Source: a virus (Duplodnaviria > Caudoviricetes). From it: 55,314 nt of DNA. Both the position numbers and the translations under genes were made by a program. Below the pieces are notes generated by a model that was not told where the DNA came from, ran no database searches, and saw only the letters and a list, made by a program, of their open reading frames with translations. Below are positions 46,801-55,314 of this stretch, piece by piece. The stretch lies in the IMG/VR virus record IMGVR_UViG_3300034073_001667, positions 1 to 55,314 of that record; one strand, written 5' to 3'. How positions within the stretch are numbered: position 1 is the first letter of the stretch; each line of letters starts with the position of its first letter.

Positions 46801-48684
46801 GGTAGGCGTAGATGGAGTTGGCGAGAGAAAATCACCACCATTTACATCAACACCAGTGTATCTGTTGTACTGCTCTAAATCACCTTTATAGATAATCGAA
46901 GGAACGTCAGCAAATATAATCTTATTAAAGAGCCTATTCGTTGCTGGGAATGCCTCATTGATTGCCTCACCTCTAGTGAATAGAGAGTTAATCATACGAA
47001 TTGGCGGGAATGAGCCAACAGCATTAAGGATGTTTCCAGTATTAAAGTTGTAACCATCTTTTGCTGAAAGCACCGCACTAATAACACTCATACTGAAGCG
47101 AAGCAGCGATGAGTCTTCGTTCGCTATCTCTGTAATCACTTGGCCCGCACCAGAGAAGTACATAAACTTGTTAGGCTTTGAATGTACGTTAGCCTGAAGT
47201 TCTTTTACTTCTTCGATTTCTGTGGCGTATTCAAAGTCAGTTACGTCAGAGTCAAAAATAACATTGTATGTGTCGACAACTGAAGCTTTAATTGCGTCAA
47301 CAATTTCAGCCTTAGTGTCGCCAGCATTGACGTATATCGTCTTGTTAATCGACAAAGGAGAAGCATTAAGATTTACAAACTCCTTAATAAGACCACCATA
47401 GTCATTATCTTCCTGTGTAGCCTTATCTGTTTGTACCCACTGCACGTAGAACCCCTTCATAATAAGCTGTACTCGCCCAATGTCAAGGCCGATGCTTATG
47501 TCAAGTACTGAATCAGTAGCAGCAACAGCTGGAAGTCCAGATATGTCTAAATCAAAGTGTAGCGCCTTATTCGCGTCATTTGTTCCGGTTGCTGAAGGAT
47601 ACGTAAGCTCAATTGGGTACTCTCCAGATTGCGGGAAATAATTTGGAATTACGTCAACATCAGTTCGGATGTTCTCGTAACCTTCTGTATATCCACCCAA
47701 CATCAAACGATTACCTGTAATGTCAATCGCTTCTGCTGTTTGTGGTACGTTGTCGTAGATTTTGTTTACCTCATCCTGAGAGATGGGTGTGTACAATTTG
47801 CTGTTGTCAAACTGAATTGACTGAGTTGCTACGTTTGGATCGTTTTGTATTGTTCCAATCTCGTAGAACGCACCAGCGTTACCATTGCGAGCAATAACAA
47901 TAATCTCAGCCACATCAGCAGTTGACGTAGGTACAGAAATCGTGAGTGTGTTGTTCTGAAGTTTCTGTTGCTCGTCAATGATCCCACCAAAGAACTGAGT
48001 CTGAGAAACAGCTAACTCAGAGTACGGAGAAATTGCTGACCGCTCACCATCCTGATATATGTACTGAGCAGCGAACTGAAATGTGGACTCGTACAGATTG
48101 TTTTGCTTTAAACCAACGTTAGTGGTAAACACAAACGTAGGCGGCGTCATAGGAGGCTGTTTGGCTAGCGCAATGTTGGCTAATTTCTCAGCATCGGTAC
48201 CGCTAGTGAAGGATGCGGGGTAGAGACCCAAAAGAGCCCTCGTTACGTTGATTTTCTTTGGTTCAGTATTAGCATCTGTAAAGTACAGCAAAGTCTCTCC
48301 AGCTAGGTTGCGAACAACAGTTGCTCGGATGTGGTAGAAGCTAGAGAAGTCAAGGATGCTGTCGCGGTACACCAACTGAGCCTCGTCTGAAGATGCAGAG
48401 TATCGGTAGATAGAGTGATTGTTGTTGCTGTTCCAAACAAAGAAGAAGACCTCCCCTCCATCGCTGTTAGCAATCGAACCAATAACCTTGTTCGTACCAG
48501 AGGGCAACTCGTCACCAGAGCGAAATGATACAGCAGCGTTGCCGTAAGCATTTTTGATTACACCACCATCGCCATCGGAGTCAGATGACAGACGGACGTT
48601 TAGGGCATCCGTCATCTCAACAGACTTTACCAGACGCTGGTCATCCTCAAGGTTGAGGTATCTTGGTACGAGTTTATCAATCAT
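43825..48684 (-). CDS. Tail nozzle/stabilisation protein (beta-propeller)
   Basis: 1619 aa; LNLEDDQRL..DALNVR, YFTD..EPKKINV, YGI..NPES..IYFAD motifs. Confidence 0.75.
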   Translation of the reverse strand: MIDKLVPRYLNLEDDQRLVKSVEMTDALNVRLSSDSDGDGGVIKNAYGNAAVSFRSGDELPSGTNKVIGSIANSDGGEVFFFVWNSNNNHSIYRYSASSDEAQLVYRDSILDFSSFYHIRATVVRNLAGETLLYFTDANTEPKKINVTRALLGLYPASFTSGTDAEKLANIALAKQPPMTPPTFVFTTNVGLKQNNLYESTFQFAAQYIYQDGERSAISPYSELAVSQTQFFGGIIDEQQKLQNNTLTISVPTSTADVAEIIVIARNGNAGAFYEIGTIQNDPNVATQSIQFDNSKLYTPISQDEVNKIYDNVPQTAEAIDITGNRLMLGGYTEGYENIRTDVDVIPNYFPQSGEYPIELTYPSATGTNDANKALHFDLDISGLPAVAATDSVLDISIGLDIGRVQLIMKGFYVQWVQTDKATQEDNDYGGLIKEFVNLNASPLSINKTIYVNAGDTKAEIVDAIKASVVDTYNVIFDSDVTDFEYATEIEEVKELQANVHSKPNKFMYFSGAGQVITEIANEDSSLLRFSMSVISAVLSAKDGYNFNTGNILNAVGSFPPIRMINSLFTRGEAINEAFPATNRLFNKIIFADVPSIIYKGDLEQYNRYTGVDVNGGDFLSPTPSTPTISVMLSTFLTLPDDVTNAEYVDASFLSSGDVNGYGTFKAGATHSFGIVYYDQFNRNGGVQTVPDMYVNWYDNRAVENNLYGRVDSVFRVKHTAPSWAVRWAPVYAPINSITNKLQYSIIGAYTATNLKAKPFSGVSSFEEVTYLSLRSLEGKSDSYKESYGANLEYVYQQGDRLRIIQYGALQRSEINVDVVGYFEFINDIDTNPILDLTSDEETFNTTGKFLAIKAVDLLGWDNYSIISQTDNWKDECVIEIYRENKPSSEQIFYEIGESFAVVNGVHQGQRTTISSFSVDVVDDSDRNNLEVHSNIIAYKGDILTDGSGRTLIVKNVYQEVNGPYNYVFYASTISGSFSATTYTLNITNSSDAVVQFSQGDVYYRPRLLKVGDKAYANNYNFLFIEDYSASDFFSSKSTSVGRPHVVQPEAKTVFRKGSVTYSDAFIIDSKYLGLSSFNPSLANFYDFDYQHGTIKQLVGDDDRVYIVQERKSGWAPIGRNIIESTDGAQSLALSRSVVGVPNYYLGDYGINDNPESLAVDRGRIYFADVRTGKIVRISRDGISLISEEFMDAFFKDNFRFITNNTSSQKVIAGVDIEADEYIVSVDAINNAEITVTDGASTFVYNAQTNSAGTQVIVGLEFDDDDLFTFSTEIREFEDICDEFDDSLNAIVFLDKIIDGQPAYVGEEYLGQSGTIYGVATNTNYDFFVTISLNISTGEFSFVNDCESYSASIGLPTNLDNDFTVSYDVTNNVWNTFYSYRPESIVSVDDTLFTFFAGIMYKHSDTANRATYYGNPYNSVVEVISNQNPSMVKSYEAISLEGTNAWAAEVSNTDQSTSILAADFSQRERNWYAYVPRDSSANTGTATITALSGSSEVFVLGNVATGGVSGSTITFTTPVGDVPFPMGGSLYKVSGATLVSLSLTVSSISGDKQITASGSVTGVNNGDTIVVIGNGAIEGDQIRDYYAKVKLTNSSTSEIELYAVNMVFAKSNLHNELGQ

Positions 48685-48690
48685 AAGTGC

Positions 48691-49434
48691 TTAAGCCTTA
48701 GGAGATTGCTTGAAATTTTTGCGAATCGTCTTAAGTGCTTCATCCTTGCTGAATGCCTTGAGACGTGAGTTAGCCAAACGGCGCTCGTTAAAGTACTCCT
48801 GACGAGCACGGCCCTTCTCTCCAAGCGGCACATTGCTCTTGCGTTCAATCAAGTGGTAGTAGATGTACGAGCGAAGCGCCTGCTCAGCATAGATGTGAAC
48901 AGTTGGGCTAGCAGCACGAGCTTCGTCTGCAATGTACTCGATGTAGACCTTGTCGACACTTGTTCCAGTGGTAAGCTCGATTCGGTTCTGTTCGGTGTTT
49001 ATTCGGTACTCACCGCTGTAGTGTCCACCCCCATAGCCATACAGACGGCCGTCAGTTGTGGCGTACAGGTAGTTGCGATAAATAAAGTCGTCAAAACCCA
49101 ACAGATAATCAGGAATTTGGTAAGGCTGCTGGTTGGGTAAGATGTTTTTGTTCTTGTTCTCTCCGAAAATGTATACAAGTCCATCTGATCCAATGATTCC
49201 AATCTTCACCAAGTCAACGTAGTCCGCAGGAAGCGTTACGGTGTTGGTGGAAAGATCAATGTTAAGTTCTGTTGCCTTGAGGCGCTTGAGGATGTCGAAC
49301 CCCATCTCACGAATACCACGCAGTGCGAGGTTACGGATAAGGGTGTCGGATGCGGTGTTTGCATAGTCATCACTCTCCATCGAGATGACGAAGTCCGTAA
49401 TGACCTGCTCAAGCGATACGGTGTCCTGTGCCAT
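48691..49434 (-). CDS. Head-tail adaptor/tail ring protein
   Basis: LPADYVDLVKI..IEYIAD; position in the tail module. Confidence 0.65.
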   Translation of the reverse strand: MAQDTVSLEQVITDFVISMESDDYANTASDTLIRNLALRGIREMGFDILKRLKATELNIDLSTNTVTLPADYVDLVKIGIIGSDGLVYIFGENKNKNILPNQQPYQIPDYLLGFDDFIYRNYLYATTDGRLYGYGGGHYSGEYRINTEQNRIELTTGTSVDKVYIEYIADEARAASPTVHIYAEQALRSYIYYHLIERKSNVPLGEKGRARQEYFNERRLANSRLKAFSKDEALKTIRKNFKQSPKA

Positions 49435-50147
49435 TATTGCTGTTGAGTTTCTTGTTTAGCATAGGTGTACACATCGGTGTCGCGAAGGTTGACCCCAATG
49501 AGCTTAGCAATCTCCACCACAAGCTCAGCAAAGTAGTGCTCGGGTAGCTCGAAGTCTACGCTGTTTGTTGCGTCGTAAACCTCCTTGCCTGCGACCACCG
49601 TGTAGCCAAAGCGAGGAGATGATGTGGTACGAGCTCCAGTGGCAGGAACAAGTCCCTGAGGAATCTTGTAGTAGCGCATATACACGCTAGCGATAGATGT
49701 TGGGTACACATAAATCTCATCGCCTACCATTGCAATTGGATACGTGGCAGAGGGAGCACTTAGCGTAGAACGCAGGATGTACTCTAGCTTCTCCTCGTCA
49801 TAGATAAGTTCAAGGTTCTTTGCTGTTGCGTCGGTTGTAAAGATGGAAATTACACGAGCCAAGTCAGTAGGCTTGTCACCAACGCCAGTTGTGAGGTTGA
49901 TTGTCCCACGCTTAGAGAAGTACGCTAAATCTTCATTGGTCTGCTTTACACGTGACTTGTCACGGCCTGCATCAATCTGTGACTGACGCAGTCGCTTGTT
50001 AAGTGCGCCGTCGCTGAACATCTTGTTGAAGAGGTTCATCTGTGCGACCTGTGCAAAGTTGTTGAAGACAGCAGGCGTAACGAATCCTCGCTGGTCTTTA
50101 TTCACCAGATCCTTTAAGGCTGAATATACTCGATTTACACTTGCCAT
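49434..50147 (-). CDS. Head-tail adaptor/tail ring protein
   Basis: NKDQRGFVTP..FN..AQ, DFELP; TATCTTTG at 50168-50175. Confidence 0.65.
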   Translation of the reverse strand: MASVNRVYSALKDLVNKDQRGFVTPAVFNNFAQVAQMNLFNKMFSDGALNKRLRQSQIDAGRDKSRVKQTNEDLAYFSKRGTINLTTGVGDKPTDLARVISIFTTDATAKNLELIYDEEKLEYILRSTLSAPSATYPIAMVGDEIYVYPTSIASVYMRYYKIPQGLVPATGARTTSSPRFGYTVVAGKEVYDATNSVDFELPEHYFAELVVEIAKLIGVNLRDTDVYTYAKQETQQQ

Positions 50148-50182
50148 AGACTTGTTTTATTCTACAGCAAAGATACTAATAC

Positions 50183-50725
50183 TTAAAGCACGCGATTCCC
50201 CTTAGACATATTGTCAAACGCCCATAGTGGCTGAAGATTAGAGTAGTGATTTAACGACTTTATGTCTTCCTCGCTTAATGCTGATGAAATTGGAATTATA
50301 TGATCGATATGCCACTCCCCATAATTATCCCAAGACATACCAACCATAAACTTAGATTCAATATACACTTTAAAATCATCAACAGAACAGCCAATAAAAG
50401 ATAGACTACTTTGTTTTTTATTCATTTTTACTTTTCTGCAAAATATGGTAACCCTGCTCCTGAAGTTGTCTATCATTCTAAATGTTGGATCTAATTCACG
50501 TCTTCTTTTTTTATACTGAACCGCTGACTTTATTACCTTATCTCTATTTTCGGCCCGGTATTTTCTTTGATAATCTATATACCACTGTTTGTTAGCATCC
50601 CTGTAAGCTTTCCTACAAGACTTGCATTGGCTAAACAATCCGTCTTTTGAATTTTTATTTTTAGAAAAGTCGTCAGCTGACTTTAATGATTTACACTTAC
50701 TGCAAGATTTCTTGTGCTCTTTCAT
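50183..50725 (-). CDS. HNH (homing-type) endonuclease
   Basis: CSKC..CKSC; MSWDNYGEWHIDHIIP..HYSNLQPLWAFDNMSKGN; AT-rich; start ATG 50725. Confidence 0.85.
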   Translation of the reverse strand: MKEHKKSCSKCKSLKSADDFSKNKNSKDGLFSQCKSCRKAYRDANKQWYIDYQRKYRAENRDKVIKSAVQYKKRRRELDPTFRMIDNFRSRVTIFCRKVKMNKKQSSLSFIGCSVDDFKVYIESKFMVGMSWDNYGEWHIDHIIPISSALSEEDIKSLNHYSNLQPLWAFDNMSKGNRVL

Positions 50726-50741
50726 ATTCTTTAAGAAACAG

Positions 50742-50765
50742 AAAAGGGCCTCATTGCTGAGGCCC
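50742..50765 (-). terminator. Intrinsic terminator
   Basis: GGGCCTCA-gcaa-TGAGGCCC-TTTT. Confidence 0.75.
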
Positions 50766-50820
50766 AATTCAGAACCAATCAAAACAATCCACCTATGAAA
50801 ACGTAGGCGCAACTATTATG
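50742..50820 (-). ncRNA. Candidate ~80-nt small RNA antisense to early start regions
   Basis: -7 box TATATTTG at 50825-50832; U/G-rich body containing GUUUUCAUAGGU; ends in a terminator. Confidence 0.55.
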
Positions 50821-50834
50821 ACTGCAAATATATG

Positions 50835-51602
50835 TTACAATTCTAGTTTATGCAACTCTTCCTTCAAGGTTTCGTAAACCGTTCCTCCCTTTTCTGTCAA
50901 ACAGAACTGAGTCATAACACTCACGGTGTCCTGACCCACTGGCGTAGCTACGATAAGTCGGTTGCTGTCGAACCAATACATACCGTCCTCACGAGCATTC
51001 AGTAGTTGGAAGTCAACAGCTTTCTTAACTGTTGCTCGGGTTGCAACTGTTGGATTGTCGAACAACTCAATGAAACGCTTTGGGCGAGCCTTAGCCTCAA
51101 GCAACAGCTCACGCTTGAGTTCTGCATTCTTCTGGTTGGTGTCAATACCCAAGTAGATTGCAATTGGCATCAACTCGTCAATAGACTTGTTGCGGACCAA
51201 GCCAATAGCGTCGTGAAGGACAAACTCCTCGTTGATGTCTACCTCTGCCTTAAACTCAGTGTTCACCTCCTCAAACAATCCACCACCATTGGCTCGGTTG
51301 CTGGGATGGAGGTCAAGAAAGCGCTGAAGTGTAGGCTGCTCTGCTGGTACATAGATTGAACCATTCTCAAAGACAATGTGCTTGCGAACAGCAAATGAAG
51401 ACTGCTCGTCAGAGAACACAGAGGCTTCGTTTGGGCAGTAACGAATCTGTCGGTTTGTGTTGGTCTCAGGGTCGTAGATGATAGCCTCAGACTTTACGGT
51501 TGCAATGATACCACCGCCCTTTGGCATATGGTAAATCTTTGCCTTGCGCTCTGATACGCTTTCCACTTTAGGAGCTGTGGTTGCTCGTGCTGGACGTGCC
51601 AT
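50835..51602 (-). CDS. Conserved protein downstream of the capsid gene
   Basis: RQIRYCPNE.S.F.DEQ..IVFENG..LQRFLDLHP; TAATTTTG at 51632-51639. Confidence 0.7.
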   Translation of the reverse strand: MARPARATTAPKVESVSERKAKIYHMPKGGGIIATVKSEAIIYDPETNTNRQIRYCPNEASVFSDEQSSFAVRKHIVFENGSIYVPAEQPTLQRFLDLHPSNRANGGGLFEEVNTEFKAEVDINEEFVLHDAIGLVRNKSIDELMPIAIYLGIDTNQKNAELKRELLLEAKARPKRFIELFDNPTVATRATVKKAVDFQLLNAREDGMYWFDSNRLIVATPVGQDTVSVMTQFCLTEKGGTVYETLKEELHKLEL

Positions 51603-51669
51603 AGTTAAATAGAATTTAGTTAATAACTATGCAAAATTAGATGTTACTTCAATGCAAAATTTTGCTAAT

Positions 51670-51691
51670 AAAAAAGGGGGCCGAAGCCCCC
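51670..51691 (-). terminator. Intrinsic terminator after the capsid gene
   Basis: GGGGGC-ttcg-GCCCCC-TTTTTT. Confidence 0.85.
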
Positions 51692-51713
51692 TCTCAAGTA
51701 CTAGCTGTTGCTA

Positions 51714-53132
51714 TTACTTCTCAAGCAACACGTGCTGGTTGGCAGCGCGAGTTACCAGTGCGAACTCCGAGCGGTAGTTGAACTGCAGGGCGTCCGTGTT
51801 GGTGTTGGTTACACCAAGGATAGAACCTGTCATCCAGTGCTCCATTTCGCGGCTGTAACCGTTGGTGGCCTTGTAGTTGAGCTCCAGAGCAGGAGACTTC
51901 TCTCCGGTGCGTGGGTCAGCAACTTTGGTCAACGGAATCATAACACCTTGGAAGTCGCTTCCAGCCAACAACGTAGGATCGTTGAGGAGCTTCCAGCTGT
52001 GCTTGTGGAAGGTGTAAGAGCCACGCATAAATGAAGAGAAGCCAAGCTTCACCATATCGTCTGCGTTGGCGAACTGTCCGAACTGAGTGGTAACACCAGC
52101 GGTGATGTTAGCAGCCGTAGACGTACCGTTGGCGATCATATCGTCAATGGCGAGGTCTTGGAGGCGGTTAACGTACATAGCGTACTCAGGCATAGCACCC
52201 TGCTTGTCAAGAGCTGTGATAACAGCATCAAGCTCGTCAAGGGTAGCGATGGCAGCAGTAGTAGTTGCACCAGAGTTAACAACGATACCGCGATCTTGGA
52301 TGGCAGAGAAGTAACCCTCAGAACCAGCGATTGAACCCAAAGAGGTCAAGCCAGTGTTGGTTACCTGCTGACCAAGCAACATCATCATCTCACGCTTGTC
52401 GAGGAAGCGCTGACGGGTGTCGTTCTCAGACTTGATGAACCAGCGGTAGTCGCCGTTGCCCAAGTTGATCCAGCCGATGTTGGTAGCCTGTGAACCAGTA
52501 ACCTTGTAAACCTCTTTGAGGATTTGGTATGGGTTCGTACGCTTAACAACGTTAGACTCGAGGTAGCCAGTGTTCTGGTCGGTACCCTGAGCAAACATAT
52601 TACCAACGATGGGGAAGTTAGCAGCAGCAGTAGCAGCAGAAGCGCTCAAACCAGCAGACGTCAGAGCAACAGCAGTTGCAGCAGCAGTAGCAGTCTGAGA
52701 GTATTCACCAGCAGAAACAGCAGTGATGATGAAGCGGTCTACACCACCAACCAAGATCACGTCGTTTACGCGTAGGTACTTCTGAGCAGCAGCCTTGGTA
52801 GCACCAGTGGCTGAAGTAGCGGCAGAGGCCAAGTTCAACACGATAGAGGTAGCGCCAGCAGCAGCGGTAGCAGCAAGGGTAGCTGTCTGAAGCTGGTGCA
52901 GGCGAGTCTCCTCCCAGTACTGAACCTCGTCAGCAACACCATTTGACTTCACAGCTCCTACCATCTGGAGGAAGCCAGTGATGCCTTGGTTGCCGTAGGT
53001 CTTCACAAGAAGGTCACGGTTGTCGGGCTTGTTTACCTCGTTGATGAAGTCACCAAGAGATACGTATTTGGTCGGGTCTAACCGACGAAAACTGTTGGGG
53101 GAAAAATCCAACGGAGTTGAAGTAGTTGACAT
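51714..53132 (-). CDS. Major capsid protein
   Basis: 472 aa; follows the scaffold gene; strong terminator; biased codons; VTGSQATNIGWI, GSEG, LGF..F.RGSYTF motifs. Confidence 0.85.
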   Translation of the reverse strand: MSTTSTPLDFSPNSFRRLDPTKYVSLGDFINEVNKPDNRDLLVKTYGNQGITGFLQMVGAVKSNGVADEVQYWEETRLHQLQTATLAATAAAGATSIVLNLASAATSATGATKAAAQKYLRVNDVILVGGVDRFIITAVSAGEYSQTATAAATAVALTSAGLSASAATAAANFPIVGNMFAQGTDQNTGYLESNVVKRTNPYQILKEVYKVTGSQATNIGWINLGNGDYRWFIKSENDTRQRFLDKREMMMLLGQQVTNTGLTSLGSIAGSEGYFSAIQDRGIVVNSGATTTAAIATLDELDAVITALDKQGAMPEYAMYVNRLQDLAIDDMIANGTSTAANITAGVTTQFGQFANADDMVKLGFSSFMRGSYTFHKHSWKLLNDPTLLAGSDFQGVMIPLTKVADPRTGEKSPALELNYKATNGYSREMEHWMTGSILGVTNTNTDALQFNYRSEFALVTRAANQHVLLEK

Positions 53133-53146
53133 TGTATAGTCGTTTT

Positions 53147-54289
53147 TTAGATTTTGAGACGAAGACCATCACCATTATTCAGATAGTTGAATATCTGAGA
53201 GGCGACGGAATCAGCAGCCTTCGACTGAGCAGGACGTGGATTGGAAACATCCACATTCGCAGCTGTCTCTACGAGCTTGCGCTGTCCATCACTGAGACCT
53301 TGCTTGTAGATTGCACTGACAATTTCGTCAATGTTGTCCACCAAGGCTCGGTGAGAGTTCAGCAGCTCAAAGTTCCAGCTTCCGCTGTCGTCGACATACT
53401 GATCGAAGAACTCATCAAGACGTGCGTTCTTATCCTTTAGGCTCGACTTGTACTGGTCGTTGATGCCAAAGTTGAACTCTTGGTCGCCAAGCTGAAAGCT
53501 CAGCGCTTCGAGTGAGTCAACCTCTTGGCTCATCGTGCGAATCCAGTTCTCGTCAATGGGACTTTGAACTTCTTCCTTAGAGGCTTCTTGCTTCACAGGC
53601 ATACGATAGTTTTCGCGCAACTTTTCGATATCCCGTTTAGCTTTATCCGCATCAATCTTCAATTGAATCTTTGACAGCCGAATCTCTTCATCGCTGTACA
53701 GGTCCTCGTCTACTTTGTACTTGGACTTCACCAGCAAATCGATGTCTTCGTTGGAGAGGTTAGGATACTCAACAGCCATCTGTAGTTTCACAGAACTGAT
53801 GTCATCCATCTCGGACGGATTGATTGACTGGTAGCGAAACCAGTCGAACGGATCACGTCCCGTCTCCTCAACGAAGTCGGCAATCGCCTTGACTCTCTCG
53901 TCAATTGATGGGCTTTTTTGAGCTTCAAGAAGCTGGGTAAGCTGTTCGATGCTATCGATAGATACGCCAAGCCTTTCACTGACGTAGTTTGCGATTGCAG
54001 CCTCGAACTCTTGCTCAGACATCTCTGGCTCAGGTTCATTTGTTAAAGAACTTTGAGCAATCACTTGCTCGGGTTGCTGTTCTGGCTCTGGCGTTGAGAT
54101 TGATTCCTGCGTTGCCTGCGGCTCTGGTGTTTGCTCCTGTGGCTGCTCTACTGCACCACTGAAGTCTAAGACCTCTGAACCTTCTGGCGGCGAGAAGGTG
54201 GGGGCGTCTAGTTGCGTTCCCTCTGGCACCTCTCCGCTGGTTACCTCAAATCCCATTGCTCCAAGAGCGTTTTCAATTTCTGTACTCAT
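53147..54289 (-). CDS. Capsid scaffolding protein
   Basis: Acidic, E/P/Q-rich N-terminus with coiled coil; directly upstream of the capsid gene; TAATTTTG at 54315-54322. Confidence 0.75.
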   Translation of the reverse strand: MSTEIENALGAMGFEVTSGEVPEGTQLDAPTFSPPEGSEVLDFSGAVEQPQEQTPEPQATQESISTPEPEQQPEQVIAQSSLTNEPEPEMSEQEFEAAIANYVSERLGVSIDSIEQLTQLLEAQKSPSIDERVKAIADFVEETGRDPFDWFRYQSINPSEMDDISSVKLQMAVEYPNLSNEDIDLLVKSKYKVDEDLYSDEEIRLSKIQLKIDADKAKRDIEKLRENYRMPVKQEASKEEVQSPIDENWIRTMSQEVDSLEALSFQLGDQEFNFGINDQYKSSLKDKNARLDEFFDQYVDDSGSWNFELLNSHRALVDNIDEIVSAIYKQGLSDGQRKLVETAANVDVSNPRPAQSKAADSVASQIFNYLNNGDGLRLKI

Positions 54290-54365
54290 ACGAAATAAAT
54301 TTTAATTACAAAAGCAAAATTACTGCAAATTACTATTGCATATTTTGCAAGTGTATCGTATGAGG

Positions 54366-54755
54366 TTACTTACGAAACTTAGCTGTTTTCTTTGCGATGG
54401 ATTTGGGCTGAGCTACGAACTGCTTGCCCTGTTTTGTGCCCTCACGCTTAGCTCTAGTAGTTGCTGCGTACTCTTGGGGGCTTAATGATTTGATTGCTTT
54501 TTCTGGCAGGTAGCGTTCACCTGTTTCTGATGATGGCTTACCACTTTTTGTACGCCAATTCTGACGGGTCCACTTTGAGAGAGAAGTCGAGCGCTTGGGT
54601 CCCTCGTAGGTACCTCCTGCTTTCTTGTATAACGAAACTGCTAATTGTGCCTTCCTCCCGCTCCAAGCCCCAGAGTCCCCTCCCTTCGAGCCAGCCTTGA
54701 CTCGGGCAACTATGCGTTTCCAAAGCTCTGGGTTCTTTTTCTTTGCTGTTGCCAT
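54366..54755 (-). CDS. DUF5872-like basic protein
   Basis: GSKGG..GAWSGRKAQL..YKKAGG.Y..SLSKWT.QNWRTKSGK..ERYLP. Confidence 0.65.
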   Translation of the reverse strand: MATAKKKNPELWKRIVARVKAGSKGGDSGAWSGRKAQLAVSLYKKAGGTYEGPKRSTSLSKWTRQNWRTKSGKPSSETGERYLPEKAIKSLSPQEYAATTRAKREGTKQGKQFVAQPKSIAKKTAKFRK

Positions 54756-54758
54756 CTC

Positions 54759-55049
54759 CTACCATTTCTTCCAGCTCCAATATGCAGCTGATAGTTTATT
54801 CTTAATAGCCTGCTTTCCGCTCTTGTCTTTGATAGCAGCGTGGCGAGCACGATATGATGCTCTGCGCTCTGGATCCTTATGCATCGTAAAGTCCTCAGCT
54901 CCTTGCTGACCGAAACGAACTAGACGAATCTTATCTCCCTGCTTTGCTAAGACAACGTACTTCTTAGTGGGGTGCGACGGAGTCCTCTTCGGAGAGTTAG
55001 TTGACTTAAGGCCATATTTGGCTAGCATATTTTTAATTCGATTGTCCAT
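54759..55049 (-). CDS. Conserved basic phage protein (DUF5754/DUF6321-like)
   Basis: PKRTPSHPTKK..VRFGQQG..RRASYRARH..SAAYWS. Confidence 0.6.
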   Translation of the reverse strand: MDNRIKNMLAKYGLKSTNSPKRTPSHPTKKYVVLAKQGDKIRLVRFGQQGAEDFTMHKDPERRASYRARHAAIKDKSGKQAIKNKLSAAYWSWKKW

Positions 55050-55050
55050 C

Positions 55051-55314
55051 TTACGGCTGTATTACTAGGAATGTACCAAACATTGAAATGACAACAGTCA
55101 TCACAATGTCCGTAGTGGTCATTGGTCGGAACTTTTGCTTGATGAGGAGTTGTCGATTGAGTTCAGCAATGACTGAATCTTGGCGATCCAAGGCTTTAAT
55201 TGCTTGACTATGCTGATGATATTTAAACTTGTAAGCTTCATCGTATGCTTTGATTGTTGAGTCCATAGAAAGATAGCGATGGTTTATCGCCACCGCTTGA
55301 GCCTTGGTCATCAC
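55051..55314 (-). CDS. Coiled-coil protein with C-terminal TM helix (5' probably truncated)
   Basis: Reaches the window edge; ends IVMTVVISMFGTFLVIQP. Confidence 0.5.
   Translation of the reverse strand: MMTKAQAVAINHRYLSMDSTIKAYDEAYKFKYHQHSQAIKALDRQDSVIAELNRQLLIKQKFRPMTTTDIVMTVVISMFGTFLVIQP

Noticed and set aside
50726-50812. N-terminal extension of the HNH ORF given in the track
   Set aside because: It crosses an intrinsic terminator; ATG 50725 starts right at the Zn-finger.
1-55314. Window as a complete circular genome
   Set aside because: No terminal overlap. Joining the ends gives an implausible portal C-terminus, and genes at both edges look truncated.

Overview
This is most of the genome of a tailed dsDNA phage with a short-tailed (podovirus-like) gene set. 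The host is almost certainly a Bacteroidota: TAnnTT(T/C)G -7 promoters recur, many with TTG ~20 nt upstream, and leaders are A-rich without Shine-Dalgarno sequences. Layout: (1) 1-9841, mostly minus strand: partial portal, terminase, GroES-like protein, fibre, small basic proteins, M15 endolysin. (2) ~9850-10780: non-coding divergence region, probably terminus/origin. (3) 10782-33032, plus strand: small acidic early genes, then recombination, DNA modification, replication, glycosylation and ribonucleotide reductase genes. (4) 33000-55314, minus strand: u-spanin, ejection proteins including a 2623-aa LPD38 polyvalent protein, tail, capsid, scaffold. I saw no DNA polymerase, RNA polymerase, integrase, tRNA or CRISPR array. 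The most notable signals form an RNA/recoding layer that the ORF track misses. There is a perfect type I hammerhead ribozyme between two early genes, and a promoter-to-terminator small RNA in the late region that is complementary to early-gene start regions. There is also an overprinted second polypeptide in the C5 methylase, plus an A10 slippery site and an overprinted small gene inside the giant ejection protein. Other highlights are an Ocr-like DNA mimic, a stand-alone DnaA domain IV inside the RNR operon, and a GT-B/DUF3431/UDP-galactopyranose mutase cassette. All family calls come from motif recognition by eye; no searches were run.
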